A stretch of 64,000 nt of DNA. Origin: an uncultured delta proteobacterium (lineage in GTDB: Bacteria > Myxococcota > Myxococcia > Myxococcales > Myxococcaceae). The stretch is taken from assembly GCA_963796055.1 (NCBI GenBank), contig CAWCKH010000004.1:768001-832000 (forward strand). Reading direction: 5' to 3'. Positions 40,855 to 49,931 of the stretch are shown here, in pieces. The notes under the pieces are model-generated. The model saw nothing but the letters and a program-made list of their open reading frames with translations, was not told where the DNA came from and ran no database searches. Position 1 is the first letter of the stretch, and the number at the start of each line of letters is the position of its first letter. The position numbers were made by a program, and so were the translations under genes.

Positions 40855-41384
40855 AGCGCCTCGCCGTCCCCATCGTCGCGGCCGTGCTGGGGGTGGCGCT
40901 CGCCTGCGGTCCCACCAAGGTCGAGGGCAGCCTTCAAGAAATCCTCGATCTCACCTACCAGGACACCGAGCTGGGGTTCGCCGGGGGTCAGGTCGCGGTC
41001 CGCTGGACCCGTCCCAAGGGCAACGGCCGGGACACGGTGCTCGAGCTCTCGGAGAAGCTGGACGGGTTGACGGTGAGGACCGGCGACTACGTGAACCTCG
41101 CCGAGCCGCTGCCCGCCTTCGCCCTGGACGATGCGGGCATCCCCGATGGCGGCCTGCTCCCGGACGGGGGCGTCGCCAGCCAGCAGCGCGGGGTGGTGAC
41201 CCGCGACGTGTTCAACGACCCGCGCAAGAGCTTCCCCCTGCTCTCGGACGGGTTCATGGTCCTCTACGACGTGCCGCGCGACGGGGGGACGGTGAACGGG
41301 AGCTTCAGCGTGACGTTCCAGCGCTGCGTGGACTTCGGGTGCGGCCGGACGGTGTTCGGCGACTTCAAGGCGAAGGTGAAATGA
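40851..41384 (+). CDS. Small lipoprotein (paralog of 31881-32390)
   Basis: ATG 40851 gives the lipobox MKRLAVPIVAAVLGVALAC. It is the C-terminal part of track ORF 38235-41384. Confidence 0.8.
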   Translation: MKRLAVPIVAAVLGVALACGPTKVEGSLQEILDLTYQDTELGFAGGQVAVRWTRPKGNGRDTVLELSEKLDGLTVRTGDYVNLAEPLPAFALDDAGIPDGGLLPDGGVASQQRGVVTRDVFNDPRKSFPLLSDGFMVLYDVPRDGGTVNGSFSVTFQRCVDFGCGRTVFGDFKAKVK

Positions 41385-42026
41385 CCCTGCGCACGACGGC
41401 GTGGTGGTGGGCGCTCCTCCTGCTCGCGGGCTGCGGCGGCAAGTACGGCCGCACCGTGCCCGACGACATGGTGAACAAGCTCACCTACGAGGACAAGGTC
41501 GACCTGGTGGAGGCGGAGAACGATCTCTTCGTCGCCTACGACCGGGTGGACGACGCGGAGAACGAGATCCTCCGCACCCGCGATCAGAATCCGCCGGGCC
41601 AAGAGGTCCGAGTCGCTCGCCGGCAGCGAGATCGGCCAGGCCAAGGATCCGGCCACCAAGGACCTGGCGGTGCTGGCCCGCGAGGAGGCACAGGCGAGGG
41701 TGGAATACCTCCGCGCCAAGCAGGACCTCAACGTCCGCAACCGCGAGCTGGACGAGCTGAACCGCACCTGCGCCATCACCCGTTACCAGCTGGCCCGGCT
41801 CACCGCGGTGCGGAAGGTGAAGGTCCCGGGCAGCGAGCGCTACGACCCCAAGGACTTCGACCATCAAGTGAAGCAGTGCGAGGGCGAGCTGGCGGAGCGG
41901 AAGAAGGCCGCCAAGCCCGAGCGGGAGCGGATGGAGAAGGCGCGGGCCGAGTGGGAGAAGAAGCGCGACGTGGTGGCCCGGAAGAGCTTCGACGCCCGGG
42001 CCAGCCCCTTCGTGGAGAAGCTGTAG
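41381..42026 (+). pseudogene. Coiled-coil lipoprotein split by a +1 A frameshift at 41588-41589
   Basis: Lipobox MTLRTTAWWWALLLLAGC. Removing one A from cagaatc gives ...RDQIRRAKRSESLAGSEIGQAKDPATKDLAVLAREE..., in frame with ORF 41670-42026. Confidence 0.75.
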
Positions 42027-43979
42027 ATGACGGGTGCGGCCTTCCTCCCGCTGGCGCTGCTCCTCCTCGCGGCCCCGGAGACGGGCAGGCTCCGCGAGTC
42101 GGTGAAGGCCGACGAGGCCCGGCTGCGCGACTCACCCGACGACGCCGAGGCGCTCCGCCGGCTGGGGATCGCCTATCTCTCGCTGGAGGAGCCGGACCGG
42201 GCGGTGCCGCCGCTGCGCGAGCTGGCCCGCCGCCGACCCGGCCCCGAGTCCACCCTGCTCCTGGTGCGGGCGCTCCGGCTCGCCGGCGAGGCGGCCGAGG
42301 CCAAGGCGCTGCTCGACGCCGCCATCACCCAGAGCCCGTCCGACCCGGCGCTGCACGTGGAACGAGCGCTGCTGGCCCGCTCGCTGGACGACAACGAGGG
42401 AGCGGTCCGGGCCTGGACCCGGGTCACCGAGCTCCAGCCCCGGGACGCCACCGCGCACTTCAACCTCGCCGAGTCGCTGCATCGCAGCGCGCGCATCGAC
42501 GAGGCCATCGCCTCCTACCGCAAGGCGCTGGAGCTCGACCCCGGCCTCACCGTGGCCAAGGTGAACCTGGCCAAGGCGCTGGCGGAGAAGGGGCTGCTCG
42601 GAGAGGCCAAGGAGCTGCTGATCTCCGCCGCGGCCGCGGCCCCGCTCGACCCCGCCACCCACTACAACCTCGGGGTGCTGCTGCTGCGCGAGGGCAACGT
42701 GCCCGGGGCCATCGGGGCGTTCGAGCGCACCCTGCAGCTGGACCCGCACTCGGCGGAGGCGCACAACAACCTCGGCGTGGCGTTCGACTGGAAGGACGAT
42801 TTCGAGGGTGCCCGCCGCGAGTTCCTGGCCGCGACCCGGGAAGATCCCCGTTCGGCCGAGGCCTGGTTCAACCTCGGCCTGTCGTACTTCCGCACCGGCG
42901 ACAACCTCCGCGCCAACCAGGCCTTCGCCCGCGCGCAGACCATCAACCCCAGCGCCAGCGCGCCCTACATCCAGCTCGGGCAGCTGTACTTGAAGCAGGG
43001 CAAGCGTACCCAGGCGGTGGCCGCCTTCCAGAAGGCCATCGCCCTCATGGCCGAGGACCGCAAGGCCTCGCGCAGCACCGAGGCCTACCGGGGGCTGGCC
43101 ATCGCCTACGTGGGCCTGGGGCGATTCAAGGAGGCCATCGCGGTGCTGGAGAAGGCGGTGCGGGAGTTCCCGCAGGACGGGAGCGCCCGGGCCGCGCTGG
43201 CCGATGCCCATCTGGCCATGGGTGACCTCGACGGCGCCATCGCCGAGGCCGAGAAGCGCCTGCAGCTCGAGCCCACCAGCGAGGCCCGGCTGGAGCTCGC
43301 CGCGCTCTACGCCCGCAAGCGGGTGGCTGCCAAGGCCGAGCCGCTGTACCTGACGGTGCTCAAGGAGCGGCCGGAGGACATCGTCGCCGCGCTCGGCCTC
43401 GCCGACCTCTACCTGGCCAAGGGCGACTACGCCGCCGCCGAGCGGGTGCTGGGCCGGGCCAAGGACCGGCACCCCGACGACACCGCGGTGCTCTCGCGGC
43501 TGGGCGTGCTGCACAGCCGCCGCGGGCGCCCCGACCTGGCCCTGCCGGAGCTGGAGCAGCTCGTCCGACGCGACCCGACGCAGCTGGAGGCCAAGGCCGA
43601 GCTCGGCTCGCTCTACTTCCGGGGCGGCGACCCGGACACCGCGCTGAAGACGCTGAGGAGCGTGCTGGCCACCGACAGCCGCCAGCCGCTGGCCCACATG
43701 TACCTGGGGCAGGTGCTGTTCGAGCGCGGCCAGCCGGCCGAGGCGGAGAAGGCGTTCCGCGCCAGCCTGGCGGTCGACCCGACCTTCGGGGCGCCGCACT
43801 TCTACCTGGGGCAGCTCTACGAGTCGCAGGACAGAAAGAAGGACGCGCTCCGCGAGTACCGCGAGGCGGTGGCCCGGCAGGCGGACCTCACCGCCGCGGC
43901 CGAGGCGGCGAAGCGGCTCGAGGCGACGGCTCCGGGCGCGGTCCCCACCCAGGGCAGCGCCGCCCGCCCGGCGCGCTGA
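42027..43979 (+). CDS. Exported multi-TPR protein
   Basis: Signal-like N-terminus and many canonical TPRs (AHFNLAE, THYNLGV, AHNNLGV, AWFNLGL). Confidence 0.9.
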   Translation: MTGAAFLPLALLLLAAPETGRLRESVKADEARLRDSPDDAEALRRLGIAYLSLEEPDRAVPPLRELARRRPGPESTLLLVRALRLAGEAAEAKALLDAAITQSPSDPALHVERALLARSLDDNEGAVRAWTRVTELQPRDATAHFNLAESLHRSARIDEAIASYRKALELDPGLTVAKVNLAKALAEKGLLGEAKELLISAAAAAPLDPATHYNLGVLLLREGNVPGAIGAFERTLQLDPHSAEAHNNLGVAFDWKDDFEGARREFLAATREDPRSAEAWFNLGLSYFRTGDNLRANQAFARAQTINPSASAPYIQLGQLYLKQGKRTQAVAAFQKAIALMAEDRKASRSTEAYRGLAIAYVGLGRFKEAIAVLEKAVREFPQDGSARAALADAHLAMGDLDGAIAEAEKRLQLEPTSEARLELAALYARKRVAAKAEPLYLTVLKERPEDIVAALGLADLYLAKGDYAAAERVLGRAKDRHPDDTAVLSRLGVLHSRRGRPDLALPELEQLVRRDPTQLEAKAELGSLYFRGGDPDTALKTLRSVLATDSRQPLAHMYLGQVLFERGQPAEAEKAFRASLAVDPTFGAPHFYLGQLYESQDRKKDALREYREAVARQADLTAAAEAAKRLEATAPGAVPTQGSAARPAR

Positions 43980-44015
43980 TGGCCGAGACCATCCGGGTCG
44001 AGATGAGGCCGCCCC

Positions 44016-44420
44016 TCACCGCTGCGGGGCCCGCTGGTGGGCCGCCTTGCGGAACACCAGGAAGCGGAGCACCAGCAGCTGGCCGATGCTGAAGACCAGC
44101 ACGTCGGCGATCAGCTTCGCCACCACCACCGGCACGTCGAACCGGTCGGCGAGGATGCCCACCAGCGAGGCGTGGATGGACATGGCGACGAGGGTGGAGA
44201 GGATGTAGCGCACCGCCTGCCCGGCCACCGGCGTGCCGTGCGCCCGGAAGGCGAAGATCCGGTTGAGGAAGAACGCCAGGGTCGAGCCAATGGCCACGCC
44301 CGCAGCGGCGCCCACGGGCGTGGGTAGCTTGAGCAGGCGCACGCAGACCAGCAGCACACAGATGTCGACCACCGTGGCCAGCGCGCCCACCTGGAGGCTC
44401 CGCGCCGCCCAGGAACGCAT
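44016..44420 (-). CDS. GtrA-family membrane protein
   Basis: Four hydrophobic helices. VGALATVVD, FFLNRIFAFR and RFLVFR motifs. Confidence 0.85.
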   Translation of the reverse strand: MRSWAARSLQVGALATVVDICVLLVCVRLLKLPTPVGAAAGVAIGSTLAFFLNRIFAFRAHGTPVAGQAVRYILSTLVAMSIHASLVGILADRFDVPVVVAKLIADVLVFSIGQLLVLRFLVFRKAAHQRAPQR

Positions 44421-44544
44421 CACCCGCTGAACGACTGCCCGGAACGACGAGCGACCGTAGCCAATCCACCCCCGCGCGGCGCCCCCGGCCTCTCCGCTCT
44501 CGGGGATCCTCACCGCTCAGCCCCCGGGGTGCACCCCGGCCTGC

Positions 44545-45855
44545 CTACCGATGGGGTCCGCCGCCGTGACCACCGCCGCCGCCGCTCGCGTGGCCGCCCC
44601 CGCCTCCGGAGTGCACCGCGCCGCCACCGCCACCGCTCACGTGGGGGGACGACGGCGCGGAGAACCCGCGGGAGGGGGCGGAGAAGCCGCCCGGCGACGA
44701 GAAGCCCCGCGAGGGCGTGGAGAAGGTGCGCGACCCACCGAACCCGCCGGCGGAGGGGGCGGAGTAGCCGCGCGACGGGGCGGCGAAGGTCTGCGGGCCG
44801 GACGGGCCGGCGAAGGTGCGCGGGCCGCCGAAGCCCGGGGATTCCGACCGCGACTGGGGCGTCCAGTACCCGAGCGAGCGCGGCCGGGGCCCGGGCGCCG
44901 AGGGGCCGGACGGAGCCGTCGGTCTGGGGCCGGCCGGACGGGGCGCGGAGAAGCCACCGCCGGTGGAAGGAGAGGGGCTCCCCCGCCACGGGCTGGGGGT
45001 GGCGGGCGCGCGCCAGCCGCCGCCCGTCGAAGGTGCGCCCCCGGGCGTGGATGGCCGGACCACGCCGGGGAAGGGCTGGCCCGGCCGGGGGGCAAGGACG
45101 CCCGGCCCGCCGCGCGAGGGCGGAAGCACCGGCTGCACCCGGCCCGGTGGCGGGGGAGTGAAGCCCGTCACCCGCGGAACGGGGCGCCCCACCGAGTGCT
45201 CCACCTGGGTCACCGGCGGACCCGCGTACCAGCGCGCCCGCCCGTAGCTCACCGCCTGGTGCACCGGCACGGTGGCCGCGTACGCCGAGTGGATGCGGTC
45301 CACCGGGAGCCGGTAGGCCCACACGTCGTGATAGATGAAGACATTGCTCGGGACGAAGCACCAGTAGGGTCGCCAGGGCTGCACCACCACCGCGAAGCCC
45401 ACCGGGGGCAGCGGCGCCCAGCCGATGTAGCCGCCTCCGAATCGCCAGTCGACCCATGCGGGGGCCCAGACGCTTCCTGGGTACCAGACCCAGCCCCAGG
45501 ACGGCGTCAGCGCCCACCGCCCGTAGTGAAAGGGCGCCCACCCCCAAGGGTAGTCACTCTCCCAGGTCCATCCCCAGTCCGAGTAGACCCACCGGCCGCC
45601 GGTGGCGTAGGGCTGGAAATCGTCGCCCACCACGTCCGGGTCCGGGCGCCAGGCGCGTCCGTCGTTGGGTCCCTCCCCGGTGTCCACCCACTGGCCGTAG
45701 GGCGAGAGCGTCTCGTCGAAGCTGGTGACGTCGGTGTCGCCGTCCGGCTGGGGAATGGGCTCGTCCTGGGCACGGGCGGGGGCGGCGACGACGAGGAAGC
45801 CCCAGCAGAGGGCCCCCCCGAGCACCGCCAGCCATCGTGCGCGCCGCCTCACCAT
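44545..45855 (-). CDS. DUF6600-like exported protein (Trp-rich PWGWAPFHYGRW domain) with a Pro/Gly/Ser-rich tail
   Basis: LSPYGQW, FQPYATGGRW, PWGWAPFHYGRW, WAPAWV.W, and a low-complexity C-terminus. Confidence 0.8.
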   Translation of the reverse strand: MVRRRARWLAVLGGALCWGFLVVAAPARAQDEPIPQPDGDTDVTSFDETLSPYGQWVDTGEGPNDGRAWRPDPDVVGDDFQPYATGGRWVYSDWGWTWESDYPWGWAPFHYGRWALTPSWGWVWYPGSVWAPAWVDWRFGGGYIGWAPLPPVGFAVVVQPWRPYWCFVPSNVFIYHDVWAYRLPVDRIHSAYAATVPVHQAVSYGRARWYAGPPVTQVEHSVGRPVPRVTGFTPPPPGRVQPVLPPSRGGPGVLAPRPGQPFPGVVRPSTPGGAPSTGGGWRAPATPSPWRGSPSPSTGGGFSAPRPAGPRPTAPSGPSAPGPRPRSLGYWTPQSRSESPGFGGPRTFAGPSGPQTFAAPSRGYSAPSAGGFGGSRTFSTPSRGFSSPGGFSAPSRGFSAPSSPHVSGGGGGAVHSGGGGGHASGGGGGHGGGPHR

Positions 45856-45952
45856 CGGGACATCCTTCCCTGGCCCATCCGCTCCGGCAAGGAGCCGGGC
45901 GAGCCACCCTGGTGGACGCAGAACCCGTGGAACTTATTCACGGGCCGAGTGG

Positions 45953-47647
45953 CTACTCCTCCAGGAAGCTGTGCTCCCGGAAGGTGGTCTTCCCGGACTC
46001 GATGTCTGCGGTCCAGGACCTGGATTTCTTCCCGTTCACCAGGCGCACGGTGTGGGACCCGGGCGCCAGGGGGACCCGGCGGCTCCCTTCGACGTCCCCG
46101 AGGAGCTTTCCGTCCACGAAGAGCTTTCCCCAGGGCTGGACCTTCACCACCAGAAAACCCGGGACGACCGGAGGGACAGCGCGCTCCTCGGGCCGTGGGG
46201 CAGGGGTGGGCGCGCGGGCCTCGAGGGAGGGCGGAGGGGGGACCGGCATGGCCGGCGGAGTGGGCATGCCGACGGGGGGAACGGGTGGGACGGCCTCGGA
46301 GCGGGACTCGGTCCGGCCGGCGAGGAAGGCAATGCTGCCCACCCCGAGCACCACCGCCACGCCCAGGACGGCGAGGACCGCCCGGCGGCGCCGGGCGCCG
46401 AGCTCGGCGGCGAGGACCCGTATCTCCTCGGACGGGGCCTGCGTCACTACGCTCTGCCGGCCTCCCGGCGCGGTGGCCCCGGACGACTGGCGGCTGGCGG
46501 GGGTGCGGGTGGGAGCGAAGGCCTCTTCCTCGGGCGCGGGGCCGCCGCTCCCCGACGGGACCGTCTGCTGCAAGAGGCGCCCGGGCGCGTCTCGCCGGGT
46601 TTCTTGAAGTCCCGAGCTCCGTGCCGTGGGGTGCGGCCGCGAGGCGGTGGGCCCCCCGGACGGGACGAGCTGGAGCGGGACCATCGGCTCGGTGTCCTCT
46701 TCGGCGGCGGCGTCCTCCGGAAAGAGCGAGCGGATGAAGAGCCCCACGTCGGTGTCCTCGGGCGTGCGGGTGGCCCCGATGACGTAGGTGAGGAGCCGCC
46801 GCTCGAGCTCGGCCGCGTTCTGGAACCGGCGAGCCGCGTCGCGCTGGAGCGCGGTCATCACCACCTCGGCGAGCGCGGGCTCCACTGCCGGATTCAGGGA
46901 CGACGGCGGGGCGATCTCCCGCTCCTGCACCGCGCGGAGCACCGCCACGTCGCTGTCGCCGTCGAACAGGCGGGCGCCGGTGAGCAGCTCCCACAGGGTG
47001 ATACCGAGGGCGAAGAGGTCGGTCCGGGCGTCCACCGGCTCGCCACGCGCCTGCTCCGGCGCCATGTAGGCGAACTTGCCCTTGAGCATCCCCGCGGTGC
47101 TGGCGCGGTTGCTGGCCTTGGCGATGCCGAAGTCGGTCAGCTTCACCGCGCCCTCGTAGGAGACGAGGACGTTGTGCGGGGTGACGTCGCGGTGCACCAG
47201 GCCCAGCGACTGTCCGTGCTCGGTGAGCCGGTGGGCGTAGGCCAGCCCACGCGCGACCTCGAGGGAGATCTGGGCCGCGAGCACCGGGGGAAAGGGTCGG
47301 GCGAGGAGGCGCGCGCGACGGTGGAGCTCGGCCAGCGACTTCCCCCGGACGTACTCCATGGCCAGGTAGTAGCTGTCCTCGTGCCGGTCGAAATCGAAGA
47401 TGTGGACCACGTTGGCGTGGTTCAGCCGGGAGGCCACCCGGGCCTCGGCGATGAACATCTGGACGAAGCTCGGATCGTCGGCCAGCGCCGAGCGGATCCG
47501 CTTGATGACCACCTGCTTCTCGAAGCCCTCCGGCCCGTGGGACTGGGCGAGGAAGATCTCCGCCATCCCGCCCTCGGCGAGCTTCCTGCGGATGACGTAC
47601 CGGCCGACCGGGGTGCCAGGGGCGAGGGACACGAGAGGCCTCGGCAC
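45953..47647 (-). CDS. Membrane-anchored Ser/Thr protein kinase with a C-terminal PEGA-like domain
   Basis: LAEGGMAEIF, VIKRI, HRDVTPHN, DFGIAK, YMAPEQ, a TM helix, and a C-terminal VQPWGKLFVDG...GSHTVRL. Start GTG 47647 or 47632. Confidence 0.92.
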   Translation of the reverse strand: MPRPLVSLAPGTPVGRYVIRRKLAEGGMAEIFLAQSHGPEGFEKQVVIKRIRSALADDPSFVQMFIAEARVASRLNHANVVHIFDFDRHEDSYYLAMEYVRGKSLAELHRRARLLARPFPPVLAAQISLEVARGLAYAHRLTEHGQSLGLVHRDVTPHNVLVSYEGAVKLTDFGIAKASNRASTAGMLKGKFAYMAPEQARGEPVDARTDLFALGITLWELLTGARLFDGDSDVAVLRAVQEREIAPPSSLNPAVEPALAEVVMTALQRDAARRFQNAAELERRLLTYVIGATRTPEDTDVGLFIRSLFPEDAAAEEDTEPMVPLQLVPSGGPTASRPHPTARSSGLQETRRDAPGRLLQQTVPSGSGGPAPEEEAFAPTRTPASRQSSGATAPGGRQSVVTQAPSEEIRVLAAELGARRRRAVLAVLGVAVVLGVGSIAFLAGRTESRSEAVPPVPPVGMPTPPAMPVPPPPSLEARAPTPAPRPEERAVPPVVPGFLVVKVQPWGKLFVDGKLLGDVEGSRRVPLAPGSHTVRLVNGKKSRSWTADIESGKTTFREHSFLEE

Positions 47648-47667
47648 ACTAACCCGGGCCGCGTTCC

Positions 47668-48306
47668 TCAGTCTCGCCCGCCCCGGCCCGGCTCGTCCGC
47701 GGGGCGGCGGTGCTTCCTTCGGGTCAGCATCTGGACGGTGGCGGTGTAGAGCTGCTCCTCGGTGTAGACGCGCCGTGAACGCCCCTGGGCGTGGGTGGCC
47801 GGCGGGCGCTCGAGCCAGGCGAGGATGCGCACCGGACCGTGGTGGGCGAACGGGCCCATCACCTCGGGCGGGCACTGTCGCAGGTAGCGGCGGAGCACCG
47901 GGCGGAAGGAGCGAGAGAACTTGCCACCCAGCCGGGCGTGGCGCCGCGAGGGGTCCAGGGTGCCGTCGAAGGCGGGGCTCACGTGGTACAGCTCGTGGAG
48001 GAGGGTCTCGATGCGCTGCACGGGCCGTGCGTCGCGGAAGAAGAGCGGCCGCAGGGTCACGCAGTAGAGCATCCGCCGTCCGTCGATCCGCACCACCGGC
48101 TTGCGCGACCCGGAGTGGTCGCGACTCTTCCCCCGGGCGAAGGCCAGGGGCTTCACCGAGCCGCGGGATGCCCGGCGCGCCTCGCCGGCCACCACCAGCA
48201 CCTTGGTCGGGACGAGGTGGGCGAACTCCGGCGAGCGCTCCGCGAGGTCGCGCATCAGGGCGCGGATGGCGCGGTTGAGATTGAGGGGCCTCGAGGAGAG
48301 GGGCAC
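47668..48306 (-). CDS. Putative HEXXH metallopeptidase
   Basis: TLLHELYHV zincin motif in a basic protein. Confidence 0.7.
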   Translation of the reverse strand: MPLSSRPLNLNRAIRALMRDLAERSPEFAHLVPTKVLVVAGEARRASRGSVKPLAFARGKSRDHSGSRKPVVRIDGRRMLYCVTLRPLFFRDARPVQRIETLLHELYHVSPAFDGTLDPSRRHARLGGKFSRSFRPVLRRYLRQCPPEVMGPFAHHGPVRILAWLERPPATHAQGRSRRVYTEEQLYTATVQMLTRRKHRRPADEPGRGGRD

Positions 48307-48345
48307 GCCGCAGGCTGGATGCTACAAGAAGTCCCCCGGTGACGC

Positions 48346-49047
48346 GTGACGGTGTTCCTCCTCGGACAGGATCCTGAGTCCTTTCCCCCACCCGAGCGGG
48401 CGGACCGCTCGGGGCTTCTGGCCATCGGCGGCGACCTCACGCCGGCGCGCCTGCTGGCCGGCTACCGGCGGGGCATCTTCCCCTGGTACTCCGAGGGGCA
48501 GCCCATCCTCTGGCACTCGCCCGACCCGCGCTTCGTGCTGCTCCCCGCGCACCTCCACGTGCCGCGAAGTCTGGACAAGGTGCTGCGGCGGAGGGCGTAC
48601 GAGATCCGCGCCGACACCGCGTTCGCCGAGGTGCTGCGCGCCTGCGCGGAGGCGCCCCGACCCGGGCAGGACGGGACGTGGATCACCCGGGAGATGGACC
48701 GCGCCTACCTGGCGCTGCATCGGCTGGGGCACGCCCACTCGGTGGAGGCCTGGAAGGACGGCACGCTGGTGGGAGGCCTGTACGGCGTGGCGCTGGGGCG
48801 GGTCTTCTTCGGCGAGAGCATGTTCGCCACCAGCCCCGATGCCTCCAAGGCGGCGTTCGCCACCATGGCCCGGGCCCTGTTCGATGGGGGCTGCCTGCTC
48901 ATCGACTGTCAGGTGGAGACCGAGCACCTGGCGCGGTTCGGCGCGGCCGACATCTCCCGTCGGCGCTTCCTGCAGCTGCTGGGGCCGGCGGTCGGCGGAG
49001 GCCCGCCCCTGCATCCGGTGTTCGCCTCGCTGGGGGGCCCGCGTTGA
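48346..49047 (+). CDS. aat: Leucyl/phenylalanyl-tRNA--protein transferase
   Basis: GLLAIGGDL, YRRGIFPW, WHSPDPR, AHSVEAW, FFGESMF, DASK, IDCQ. Confidence 0.96.
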   Translation: MTVFLLGQDPESFPPPERADRSGLLAIGGDLTPARLLAGYRRGIFPWYSEGQPILWHSPDPRFVLLPAHLHVPRSLDKVLRRRAYEIRADTAFAEVLRACAEAPRPGQDGTWITREMDRAYLALHRLGHAHSVEAWKDGTLVGGLYGVALGRVFFGESMFATSPDASKAAFATMARALFDGGCLLIDCQVETEHLARFGAADISRRRFLQLLGPAVGGGPPLHPVFASLGGPR

Positions 49048-49445
49048 CTCCCTCTCCCCCCAGGGCCGCCGCCCGCTGGCTGGTGCTCGGCGTGCTCGCG
49101 CTGGCCGTGGTGATGGCGTTCGGCGTCCGCGGGCTGCTCGCGGCCAGGGTGGTGCAATCCCGGGCAGTGGCGATGATCCGAGCCGGGAGCTTCGCCCAGG
49201 CCCTCGACGAGGCGGACCTCCGGCTCTCGCGTGAACCGGACGACCCGCACCTCCGCGAGGTGGCGGTGCTCGCCGCGCGCTCGCACGTGGAGGCCCTGCT
49301 GGAGCGCAAGACTCCGGTGGCAGACGTGGCAGCGTGGCTCGAGGACCAGCTCGCCCGGCGGCCGTACCTTCGGCCCGCCCTCGCCGGTCGCCTGGCCGAG
49401 CTGCAGGCAGAGGCGAGGCGCAGTGCCCGGCCCGAAAAAAACTAG
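49044..49445 (+). CDS. Hypothetical membrane-anchored protein
   Basis: TTG 49044 overlaps the aat stop. N-terminal TM (WLVLGVLALAVVMAF) followed by a helical region. Confidence 0.6.
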   Translation: MTPSPPRAAARWLVLGVLALAVVMAFGVRGLLAARVVQSRAVAMIRAGSFAQALDEADLRLSREPDDPHLREVAVLAARSHVEALLERKTPVADVAAWLEDQLARRPYLRPALAGRLAELQAEARRSARPEKN

Positions 49446-49532
49446 GCGCATCGGGGGAATGGGGGGAATGATTCCCGCAGCCTCGAGGTTTCAGAGGCTG
49501 GGCTGCTGGATCTCCCCCCGGTTCAGCGCCCG

Positions 49533-49580
49533 CCGGTCTGAGCCGCCGGCCTTCGGGCCGCGGCTCGCCGGTTTTTTTTT
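49533..49580 (+). terminator. Rho-independent terminator (cUUCGg hairpin plus T9)
   Basis: gagccg-c-cggcc TTCG ggccg-cggctc followed by ttttttttt. Confidence 0.85.
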
Positions 49581-49581
49581 G

Positions 49582-49851
49582 CTACCAGCCGGGGACCTCG
49601 CTGTCGCGCACGTGGCCGAGCGCCCTGCGCACGCGGTCTTCGAGCTTCTCCGGATCGAGCACCACCTTGCCGTCGTGCACCGCCCGGATGGCAGGCACCG
49701 GGATGGCGATGTCACCGGCGTTCTCGATGTAGATGATGAGCGTGGGTTGGGAGCCGCTCCGCAGCTCGCGGACGGCGCCGATCGGATCCGTGCCCTCGGC
49801 GGTGTAGACCTGATCCCCGAGGCGGATGGCGGCGTAGTCGGGCGTGGGCAT
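49582..49851 (-). CDS. Small PRC-barrel-like hypothetical protein
   Basis: IRLGDQVYTAEG...IGAVRE...ENAGDIAIPVPAIRAVHDGKVVL. Confidence 0.7.
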   Translation of the reverse strand: MPTPDYAAIRLGDQVYTAEGTDPIGAVRELRSGSQPTLIIYIENAGDIAIPVPAIRAVHDGKVVLDPEKLEDRVRRALGHVRDSEVPGW

Positions 49852-49931
49852 GGTGGGGGAAAGTACCACCTGCCCGGCAGCCGAGGGGCATCGGCAGATC
49901 CTTTCCAGGGCGGTCCCGTTCAAGGCGAACG

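Noticed and set aside
32509..43979. Calling these the canonical gliding genes gltA-H or nfsA-H
   Set aside because: Gene order and content (one barrel, extra lipoproteins, linkage to mts) differ from those loci as I know them. Orthology needs a phylogeny, so no symbols were assigned.
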